DNA of 64,000 bases from Cenococcum geophilum. Lineage: Eukaryota. Under the pieces are notes generated by a model that saw only the letters and a list, made by a program, of their open reading frames with translations, was not told the DNA's origin and searched no databases. This document shows, one piece after another, positions 50,254 through 61,111 of the stretch. The first letter of the stretch is position 1. Every line of letters starts with the position of its first letter. The position numbers and the translations under genes are program-made. The stretch is taken from the NCBI GenBank assembly GCA_050273025.1, contig CP158636.1:8990001-9054000 (forward strand). Reading direction: 5' to 3'.

Positions 50254-51436
50254 TTTAGGAAAAAATTACTAGCATCTAATTTTACTTTTCTGCCATTTTA
50301 GCATTTTCTAGCATTTAGTAGCTAAATGCTAATACTTAATTATAAATGCAGCATTTGGCGGCTAAATGCTAGTACTTAGTAATAAATGTAGCTAAATGCT
50401 AATACTTAATTATAAATGCAGCTAAATGCTAATACTTAATTATAAATGCGGCATTTAGCGCTAAATGCTAGTACTTAGTAATAAATGCCGCATTTAGCTG
50501 CTAAATGCTAAAAAATGCTAGAAATGCTAGAAAATGCTAAAATAGCAGAAAAGTAAAATTAGATGCTGGTAAATTTTTTCCTAACGATGATTTATTATTA
50601 AACTAAGTTATATTAGTATAGACCTAAAGAAGATTAAAGCTATAGTAAGTTAGTAAGAACTAAAGAATGTAATATAGTTAAGGTTATTTTTAGGAATTTA
50701 TAACTACTATAGGAGGTTTATAGTATAGTAGTTAAAGAATATTAAACTATTTACTAGGCTTATAAAGAAAGAGGAACTATAGATATAGGGAGACGAATAA
50801 AAAAAGCTATTTAAGGAACTTAAGGAGTTATTTACCTAGAAGCTAATCCTTAAAATTTATTAACTAGAACTAGATACGGTTATAAAAACGGATATATTAA
50901 ACTTTATACTAAAAGTATACTTGCTATAAAAGTACGGGAATATATAGCATCTAGTAGCATATTATAGTTAGAAGATAATACTACTAGAGTTAAACTATAA
51001 TATCTATAATAAGGAGCTATTAGGTATAGTTATAGCACTTAAAAAATAAAGAGTATTTTTATAAGGTATAGAAAAACTATTTATAGTTAAGATAAATTAT
51101 AAGAACTTAACGGGGTTCCTAATAATAAAAGAACTTAATTAGAGATAAGTTAAATAGGTACGTTAGGAAAAAATTTACTAGTATTTAATTTTACTTTTCT
51201 GCTATTTTAGCATTTCTAGCATTTCCTAGCATTTAGCAGCTAAATGCCGCATTTATTACTAAGTACTAGCATTTACCGCCAAATGCCGCATTTATAATTA
51301 AGTATTAGCATTTAGCTGCATTTATTATTAAATACTAGCATTTAGCCGCCAAATGCTACATTTATAATTAAGTATTAGCATTTAGCTGCTAAATGCTAGA
51401 AAATGCTAAAATAGTAAAAAATTAAAATTAAATGCT

Positions 51437-51920
51437 GTATAAAGCTTTATATAAAGCTCTATACAAAGCTCTATATAAAGCTCTATATAAAGTTCTATAT
51501 AAAGTTTTATATAAAGTTCTATATAAAGTTTTATATAAAGTTCTATATAAAGTTTTATATAAAGTTCTATATAAAGCTCTATATAAAGCTCTATATAAAG
51601 CTCTATACAAAGTTCCATATAAAGTTCTATATAAAGTTCTATATAAAGTTCTACACGAAGTTCTATATAAAGTTCTATAAAAAGCTCTGTATAAAGCTCT
51701 ATATAAAGGTCTACACGAAGTTCTATACGAAACTTTATATAAAGCTCTATACAAAGTTCTATATAAAGTTCTGCACGAAGCTCTATATAAAGCTCTATAT
51801 AAAGCTCTATACAAAGCTCTATATAAAGCTCTATATAAGGCTCTATATAAAGCTCTACGTAAAAAGGCTCTGCATAAGGCTCTGCGCGAAGCTCTATATA
51901 TAGAGGCTCTACACAAAGCT
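51437..51920. repeat. 12-bp tandem array (TATATAAAGYTC)n, ~40 units
   Basis: Read directly from the sequence. Confidence 0.95.
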
Positions 51921-52064
51921 CCGTATTAGGTCCCCACTATATTCCTAATAGCCTCTACACATGCCTCTGCCAAGTATACCCCCCTATATATACCTAGGTA
52001 GCCACCTTATTTTTTACCTTTCCTTATATCCTCCCTACCTAGGAAGACACCAGAACGACAGCTA

Positions 52065-52510
52065 GTAGACGACCGTCGCCGGAGCTAGACGACCGTCAGA
52101 GCCAGACGACCGTCGTCAGGGCTAGACGACCGTCGCCAGAGCTAGGTGACCGTCGCCAGAGCTAGACGATCGTCGTTAGAGCCAGACGACCGTCGTCAGA
52201 GTTAGACGACCGTTGTCAGAGCTGGACGACCGTCGCCGGAGCTAGATGACCGTCGTTAGAGCTAGACGACCGTCAGAGCCAGACGACCGTCGTTAGGGCT
52301 AGACGACCGTCGCTAGAGCTAGATGACCGTCGCCAGAGCTAGACGATCGTTGTTAGAGCCAGACGACCGTCGTCAGAGTTAGACGACCGTCGTTAGAGTT
52401 AGACGACCGTTGTTAGAGCTAGTCGACCGTCGCCAGAGCCAGATGACCGTCGCCAGAGCTAGACGACCGTCGTTATCGCCATATAACCGTCGCCAGAGCC
52501 ACACGACAAC
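52065..52510. repeat. 20-bp tandem array (GACGACCGTCGCCAGAGCTA)n, ~22 units
   Basis: Read directly from the sequence. Homologous arrays at ~47415-47645, 48650-48810, 49075-49180, 35010-35150 and 35415-35560. Confidence 0.95.
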
Positions 52511-52569
52511 CGTTTAAACGACCAGCTAGCGAACACAATAAACGATTCGATTGATCGATCGAATTAAGG

Positions 52570-52629
52570 TGACATAGATAGGTAGGCACAGATAGGTAGG
52601 CATAGATAGGTAGGCATAGACGGGTAGGT

Positions 52630-52674
<45 letters not shown>

Positions 52675-52785
52675 CAGGTAGGTAGGTAGGTAGGTAGGTA
52701 GGCAGGTAGGTAGGTAGGCAGGTAGGTAGGCAGGTAGGTAGGTAGGTAGGTAGGTAGGTAGGTAGGTTAGTAGGTAGGCGGGTAA
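52570..52785. repeat. Compound (TAGA)n/(TAGG)n/(CAGG)n microsatellite
   Basis: Read directly from the sequence. Counterpart at 47050-47340. Confidence 0.95.
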
Positions 52786-53894
52786 GGGAGAACCATTGCT
52801 ATATTATATTAAATTATCTAAAATAATATAATTTATTTTGCACTAACTGCGTAAGAAGAGCAATATTTATTTATTGCTTAAAGTAAGCAAGATATATAGA
52901 ATATGCGAGAAGGGCATTATATACAGAATATATAAGAAGGGCATTATGTACAGAATGTATAAGGAGGGCATTATATACAAAATGCGCAAAATGCGTAATT
53001 AGCTGCACTGTATTATTAAATACAGCAGTATACTATACTATATTATTAAATACAGCAGTATACTATACTATATTATTAAATATAGCAGTATGCCGCACTA
53101 TATTGTTAAATATAGTAGTACGCAGCAGTATGCCGCACCTTAGTTAATACTATACGCTACACGTTATAGTGCGCGGAATGCGCATTTGGCCGCCAAATGC
53201 TGCTAAATGCTGTAAAAATGCTAGTAAATTTTTTCCTAACGTAGAGATGCTTATAGAATACTATTTTAAGATTTAGTATATTAAGGACACTAAGAATGCA
53301 AAAGTAGACGCGCTAAGTAGAAAGGCTAAACTATAAAATAATAAAAAAACTATTAAAAGTAATGCTACGCAGAAACAAGGACGGACTAATTAGGTATAAT
53401 TACCTTAGGCTGGTAGTAACTTAGGGGAATAGGGAACTAAGGGGGGTCTATAAGATACTAAAGAGCTTTTAGATATAAAGAATTCTAAAGGCATAGCTAA
53501 AAGATCTATAAATAGATATATATAAAAATTAAGAAGTAAAATACATCCTAAAGAATATAGTAGAGCATTTTGTGGAAGACTTCTATAAGGGAATAACTTA
53601 AGGACATAATAGAGTAATAGGCTTAGTATTAAGACTTTAGGAAGAATATATTATTAATAAAATCTAGGGCATAGCTAGAAAAGTAATAAAAGAATATCTA
53701 AATTATTAAAGGAATAAACTAATAAGGTATAAGCTGTATAGAGGGCTATAACCTATTAAAATACTAGAAAGACTATAGGAGGTTATATTATAGGACTTTA
53801 TTATTAAGTTACTAAAGTTAAAAGACCCTATTACTAAAGAGGAGTATAATATAATCCTAGTAATAATAGATAAGTTAACTAAATAGGGCTACTT

Positions 53895-56800
53895 TGTAAC
53901 GGAACCTTGTAGCAAGTACTATAATAGGCTCGTTATTAGGCTAGGTGTGTAGGTGATATAAATTAAAGTTAACAATGTAATAACAATTAGTGGAGTAGTT
54001 GCCTAATAGATTAACTCTAATTGTATTCTAAGAATTACTATAAGGAAGGAACTATCTAGGTAGGGACTAAGGGTCCTTAAATACACAACTATACTCCTAT
54101 AAAATTCTTCTTATATATAATATATATCTTATATATAAGATACGTAAGTTCCTCTTATCCCTCTTATTTAATACGTAGTATATTATATAACCTTAGTTAC
54201 TACCCCTTGTTATATAGTTCTATCGGCTTTATTCTAAACCGTGCTTAAATTAACTAACTAGCTTCTTCTAACTCTTCTCTAAGTAGTTATAATATTATAC
54301 TTAAAGCGTCCGTAATACCATCTCCATCCTCTTTATCTTTGTCCTTAAAGATCCCTAATATCTTTAAGTTGTTTACTAGAGGTATAATATCCGTCTAATT
54401 AATTTAGTTAATATTATTACTTATTATACCTAAGGCTTCTTCTTCCTCGTACGCCTAACGTCGTGCTCATACCATTGCTACAATATTATCGCTTAGTAAA
54501 ATTATACTATCTTTATATTCTTGTTGTTTAAAAGAGGGGTTAGTTTATATTACGTTAGTAAACCCATCTTTATAATAACTATCCTCTTACTTAATGTATA
54601 CTAAAGCGAATATTTGTTTATCCTGCAATATTCGCTCTACCTTTAACGCTAAATATACGCGTCCTATTACTCTTAATAGTCGTCTAGTTCCCTAATTAAT
54701 TTATCTTAGGGTCTTATATTTAATCTACTGCTGCGCGGCTAGATAGTAAACTATCTTAAGCCCTTACTAAATTAGAATGTTTTTATAATACAGAACAGAA
54801 GGCCCTAGATGCTTATATCGCGGCATCTACTTGATTACTTCGTCTTAAGAAGGTTCGTAAAAAGGTTTATTTTAAGGAGTAAAAACTTATAAAATAAGGT
54901 CTATAGGAACTTAGTAATAAAAGAACGGATTCTCTTTCGGCTAAGAAGAAAACAAATCTAAGTAGTTTAGCAACTACTCTTTTTAGGCCCCCCTTAGGTA
55001 ATTTATTTTTTAGTAATTCTTTTTTATTAATACTACCTAACCTAATTTCTTTCGATACTCCTATACCTTTCTTATAGCATTTTTTAGGTTTTCTAGTAGT
55101 TCCTAAGTAGTCTTATTATAGCCTATCTACTTTACCTTATACTATATTTTGTCATTAATATCCTTATAACTAATAACTTTTAAGATTTACTATTTATCTT
55201 CTTTCTATCCTCTGTATATATCTACCTTATAGGCTAGTAGCTTAATATTCCCGTATACTAGCTTTAGTATCGCGATATACTATATAAGGTAAATTTTTAT
55301 TTTAGCTAGTAGGTTTAACTTAAATGTAACTAGTAAAATCCTTTACTTAATTTTAAAAGGTCCTAGTCTAACGTAGTTTAACTTCTTACTTAGTTATTAA
55401 CTCTTAAAATTTTTATATAGTAGCTATACTTTATTTCCCTCCTTAAGATCTAGTCCTTTAGATCTCTTAGTATTATAGTACTTTTTTATTCTTTCTTATA
55501 CTTTCTTTACTAATTCTATAAGGTCTATATAAAGATTTATTAACGTCTTTATTCTTTTTTTAGCTATACTACTTATTTTCTTTACTTATTATAGTAATAA
55601 TAATATCCTTAGCTTATATCTATAATTCGCCTTAAATAGTAATATGCCTATTCCTTCTTATGGTATTATATTATATGCAAACTATATAACTAGTAATAAT
55701 AATACCTAATTATTCTATACGTAATTAATATAATGCCTTAAATACTGCTCTAGTGTCTAATTTAATCTTTTTATTTAACTATTTATCTGCGGATAATATA
55801 TAGTAAAAGTTGCTACTTTAACTCCTTGCTTTGCTAAAAAATACCTCCTAAAATACTACTATAAATCTTAGATCTCTATCCAATATAATCTTATTTAGTA
55901 CTCTATATCTTATAAATACTTCTTTAATATAAATTCTAGCAACATCTTCTACTAATATATCTTCTATATATGCTATAAAGTATCCCCACTTTATAAGCTT
56001 ATCTACTATTACTAAATTTATATTATAGTCTTATCTAGTAATAGGGTCTCTTAACTTTAGTAACTTAATAATAAAATCTTATAATATAACCTCCTATAGT
56101 CTTTCTGGTATTTTAATAGGTTATAGCCCTCTATATAGCTTATACCTTATTAGTTTATTCCTCTAGCAATCTAGATATTCCTTTATAACTTCTTACGCTA
56201 AGCCCTAGATTATATTAATAATATACTCCTCTTAGAGTCTTAACACTAAGCCCGTGGCTCTATTATGTTCTTAAGTTAATCCCTTATAGAAATCTTCTAT
56301 AAAGTATTCTGCTATACTTTTTAGGATATACTTTACTTATTAATTTTCGTATATATCTACTTATAGATCTTCTAGCTATACCTCTAGAATTCTTTATACC
56401 TAAAAGCTCTTTAGTAACTTATAAACTCTATCTATTTTTTCTTAAGTTGCTACAATTTTTAGATAATTATACCTAATTAATCCGTCTATATATCTTCGCA
56501 GTAAAGCCCCTAATAGCTTTTTATTATTTTATAGTTTAGCTTTTTAACTTAGAGCATCTGCTTATATATTATTTGTATCCTTAATATACTAAATCTTAAA
56601 ATAGTATTCTATAAGCATCTCTACCCATCTAACTTACCTTTAGTTAAGTTCCTTTATTATTAGGAATCCTATTAGGTTTTTATAGTCCGTTTTAACTATA
56701 AATAGTTTCTCTATACCTTATAAGAATGCTCTTTATTCCTTTAGTGCTATAATTATACCTAATAACTTCTTATTATAGATGTTATAGTTTAACTCTAGTA

Positions 56801-59800
56801 GTATTATCTTCCGACTATAGTATGCCATTAGGTGCTATCTATTTTAATATTTTTATATAAAGTATACCCCTAGTATAAAGTTTAATATATCTGTCTCTAT
56901 AACCGTTTTTAGTCTTAATTAATAGATCTTAAGAACTAGCTCCTAGGTAAACAATTCTTTAACTTTCTTAAATAATTTTTATTACTCCTCTCCCTATACC
57001 TATAGTTTTTCTTTCTTTATTAATTACGTAAATAGCTTAATATCCTTTAACTATTGCGCTATAAACCTTTTATAGTAATTACAGAACCCTAGAAATAATC
57101 TTAACTATATAACGTTCTCCGGTTTTTACTAATTTACTATAGCCTTAATCTTTTTTAGATCTATACTAAGTTGGCCTAGTTTAATAATAAATTTAACAAA
57201 ATTGGTCTTTTTAGTAAAGAACTTACATTTCTTGATTGCTACTAGCATCTATTTCTCTTATAGTCTCTTTAAGACCCATTTAACGTGTTCCCCATACTCT
57301 TCCTTAGTTATTAAGTAGATAATAATATCGTTAAGATATACTATAATAAATTTATCTAAGTATTCTCCTAATATGTTATTAATACGCTTCTAAAATATTA
57401 CTAGTGCATTTATAAGCCCGAATTATATAACTAATAGTTTATCTAGTTCTTCCTTTAATCTAAAAGCTGCTTTTTATTCGTCGCCTTTCTTAATTCTAAT
57501 TTAATGGTACGCCTATCTTAGATTTATCTTTATAAAGATTTACGCGTTACCTATCCTATCTTAAATTTCGCTAACTAAGGGTAAAGGATACCTATCCTTT
57601 TTAGTAATACTGTTTAACTGTCTATAGTTAATATATAGTCTTAGTTTGCTATTCTTCTTTAGTATAAATAGTACTAGATAACCTACTAATAACTGCGATA
57701 GTCTAATATATCCCTTTTATAGATTTTCCTAGATAAACTCTTTTAACGCTCTACCTTCTTCTTTAGTAAGCTTATAGATTAAAAAGAACCTTAAACTTAT
57801 TCCTAGTTCTAATTCTATTTTATAATCCTATACTATATACTTTAATAACTTTTTACTTTCTAGTGACTATAGTTTCTTACTATACTTGTGGTATCTCTTT
57901 AGTACGTAACTTAGTCCTTTTTCCATTTCTTTATAGGTCGCTCCTACTTAGTACTATACTAACTTAGCTTATTATTATATCTTACGGCGTTAAGTATCCC
58001 TAATATTAACTTAACCTATAACCTAATTAATCTTTAGATTGTATTCCTATAACTAAGGTATTCCTAGTACTACCTTATTATTTCCTAATAGTAATATATC
58101 GAAAGACATCTCGATTTATTTTCCTTTAATAGTTAACTAAATAGGTCCTATTTTAAGATTAATAATACCTACTCCGTAGGCTATTAGGTCTCCTAAAATT
58201 ATCACTAATAGGTAAAAGTGCTCCTTTTTCCCGTGTGGTAACCCTATTTTTTTAACTGCTATTAGTAAGATATAGTTCCTTATTGCTCTACTATCTATTA
58301 ATGCTTTAAACTGTTAATTTTGCCACTTAACTTATAGGTTTAGGTATTATCCTTAAATTCCTTTAAGGGTCTAAGGCTCTATTACTAGTTCCCTCTAGTT
58401 TTATAGGCCTCTACTTTTCCTAACTATTAGCTGCTTAATTTTATTTATACTTAGTTTACTTTTAGCTAATACTTAGTTTGCTTTTTATCTTTAATATACT
58501 ATAGACACGTATTCTTTAGGCATTCCCACTACTATTATCTATTTAGGTATTCTTCTGTAAGGAATCTTCTTAGCTAAAGTATTAAGTCCCCTTAGCTTTA
58601 TACTTCCGCTAGGTGCTAACTATATATATACTTAACGTTTCTATATTTCGCCTTATCTAGTGCTTAATATATCCTTACTAGGTACTTCTAGTTTTTATCC
58701 TTTAGTACTCTATATATATTATACGCATTATCTATATATATAATCTATACCAATATATAATATACCTAGTATTTTAGGTTAACTCTTAGCTTATCTTTAT
58801 TCTTAAGTTTAAACCTTTCTTTTATTAATCTAAGCGTTGCAACTTCGTTTATAGGTATTAAGATTTACCTCTCGCTTCTCTAGTCCTTTAATTACTCCTT
58901 TAGATCCTTTAATATTATAATTAAGGCTCCTTTAATATAACTTATAGCCTTTTCTATAATTAGGTGGTCTTAGATAACTCTTTTATCTAACTATATATAG
59001 AAATCTTCCTACTTATTATTGTGCCTTTGCCTATACTACCTTTAGTACAGCTGCTAGAGTATATACGGCTTGTCTGTAAGAAAGTATCTTCTTATTACTA
59101 TGTTATAACAGCCCTTTATATATTATTCTCCGAACCTAGTTAGAATCCCTAGATCCTCTTCTTATTCTAGTTTAGTAAGCCACTTAGCTCTTAGTATGCC
59201 TGTTCTAGGCCTATTAGTAATTCTTTATATAGGTGCTCTGTTCCTTATACAACCTAGTATATTAGCTCTCTTATCTAGTTTCTAATCTTGCTATAAGGTA
59301 ATTCTGGCTTTAAATTCCTCTATAGTTTCTTTCCTTTTGCGTCTTACGAGCGGATCCTTAAAGTCTTCTTATTTCTTAATCTTGTTAATAGTCCTTATTT
59401 ATATCTTAAAGTCTTAGTTCTATAGGATTCTTAATTTTAAGCTGGCTTCTGTCTTAAGCTTTACTCCTACTTTAATCTAACTAGGCTTTAGTGTTTTTAT
59501 CTTATCTTAAAAGTCTTAAATCTTACTTATCTCTTCTTAAGAATCTTGTATTTATGGGAAACTCTATCCCAAGCTTATTTGTATATCTTTAAACTAAGCT
59601 ATTACCCTACTCCATCGGTTTCTGTCTATTGTGGGTCCTTAGGTATACCTTATCTTATCTTAAGAATCTTAAGCCTTTAGCTTTTTGCCTTTATTAAGTA
59701 CTAAAGTAGCTTACTATTCTACTTTTCTTACGTCTTGCGAAGCGATAGGTATCGTATCTAGTAGGGTCTTAATCCCTACTAATATTCCCTATTCTGTAGT

Positions 59801-61111
59801 GAAATTATCCTTTACCTCTTATATAACATCTCTAAGGTCTATATGCTTTTAGTAAGCTACCTTTATTACCTTATTATTATAGAATATTTCGCCTATATTA
59901 AATTTATCGTCCTTAATATCCGATCTATAAACTAGTTTATTAGTTCCTCTATACTCTAAGGATTTTAGCTCCTACGGCCAATAGCTTACGCCATACTTAG
60001 CGTCTTTATAAATTTGGTATGCGTTGTTATAATAAAACGCAAAACTTCTAATTAAATATTCCTTTATTCCTTGTAGTATACTATTATCCCTCTATACGTA
60101 TATATTTTCTACTACTAGTCTAGTTCCCTTTATTGCGTGGTAATTCTAACCATCTTTATAATCCCTCGCAAAATGACCTTATTTCCCGCAATTTATATAA
60201 GCTCCGTCTTTAAACTATTAACTTTACTATAGAGTCTACCTAAACGTCTTCTGCTGCTAAGATCCCTAATTTAGCCTTTACTCCTTAGTTCTACAATTAC
60301 TAGATCCTTAACCTTTAGGTTTTTATAGTTTCTTACTCTATCTCTTATAGGCTTCTTTAGTACCACTTAGGTCTATTAGCTCTGCGCTATACTATAGTTT
60401 CTAATTTAGCTTTAGTTATTGTGTATTCTACATCTTATATAACTATAGAACTCTATCCTAACCTCTCTTAGCCTGTTCTCTTTAGTAGATTTAATTATTA
60501 ATCTTAATCGCTTAATCTATTAGTTCCCTTAGGGTGTCCGCATCTTCTATTAGGATAATTACGTCCTAGACTTTAGCCTTAAGTCCCTACTTATACTATA
60601 CTATAAGCGCCTTATTATTCCACTTAACTTATATTATTAACGTCTGGAACTACGTTATATATTTAATTACTAAGGTTCGTTATATATTGTCTTAAAGTTT
60701 TCTTTCCGCTATAGTTACTGCCTTTAGGTCTCTAAATATTTATATAAGTCGCTTTGTAAACCCTTCCTAGCTTAAGAATATAAACCGCACCTCTTAATTA
60801 GTAGTTGTTATTCCGTTTACCTATATTTCTATAAGGTAAGGCTTAAACTACTTAAGTGCCCTTCCTAATAGGAATAGTCCCGTATAGGCTATTCGATCTA
60901 TAAATATTAGTAGCTTTACCCCTTCTTATATAACTTTAAAGTGCATATGCGTAAGAAATCCTTTAAGCTTTAATCTCTCTCCTAAGTATCTCTTAATTAA
61001 TAGTAACTTAATCTTTACTACTCTAATCCCATTAACCCTTTCTTCTAGCGCTATATTATTTGTTATTAACTAGTTAACTATCTCTTATAGCTATCTAACC
61101 GTTATAGGTTG
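53895..61111 (-). mobile_element. Ty3/Gypsy chromovirus family A copy 3, interrupted at the start of gag
   Basis: 3' LTR ~53895-54201; chromodomain remnant ~55060-55200; integrase ~55300-56300; RNase H ~56600-56950; RT ~57100-57800; protease ~58040-58330; gag knuckle (NCGK.GHFARD) ~60155-60210. Confidence 0.9.

Larger units (their letters stand above)
46490..50586 (+). mobile_element. Non-coding, tandem-array TIR element (CGTCAGG family) containing a nested 1.9-kb element
   Basis: Termini CGTTAGGAAAAAA...TTTTTTCCTAACG. It interrupts Gypsy RT with a net 2-bp gain (flanks AA/AT). Colinear with the reverse complement of 51161-53241. Confidence 0.9.
51161..53241 (-). mobile_element. Non-coding, tandem-array TIR element (CGTCAGG family), 2081 bp
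   Basis: ~26-bp TIRs and a clean TA TSD (51159-51160, 53242-53243), confirmed by the empty site GGGTAGAGATG in the family copy at ~56615-56630 (minus strand). Confidence 0.93.
18585..53894 (+). mobile_element. Ty3/Gypsy family A copy 2 (pol only), split into five pieces by nested insertions
   Basis: Pieces 18585-19531, 32513-32684, 46343-46489, 50587-51160 and 53242-53894 join colinearly into protease-RT-RNase H-integrase, matching 3780-14675 and the reverse complement of 55980-58450. Confidence 0.9.

Noticed and set aside
49712..51916. ORFs of IELY/RALY/KVLY repeats
   Set aside because: They are translations of a stop-free 12-bp non-coding array, open in several frames on both strands.
52065..52510. 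CRISPR-like array with palindromic repeats
   Set aside because: The units are head-to-tail with no unique spacers, there are no cas genes, and the context is eukaryotic.
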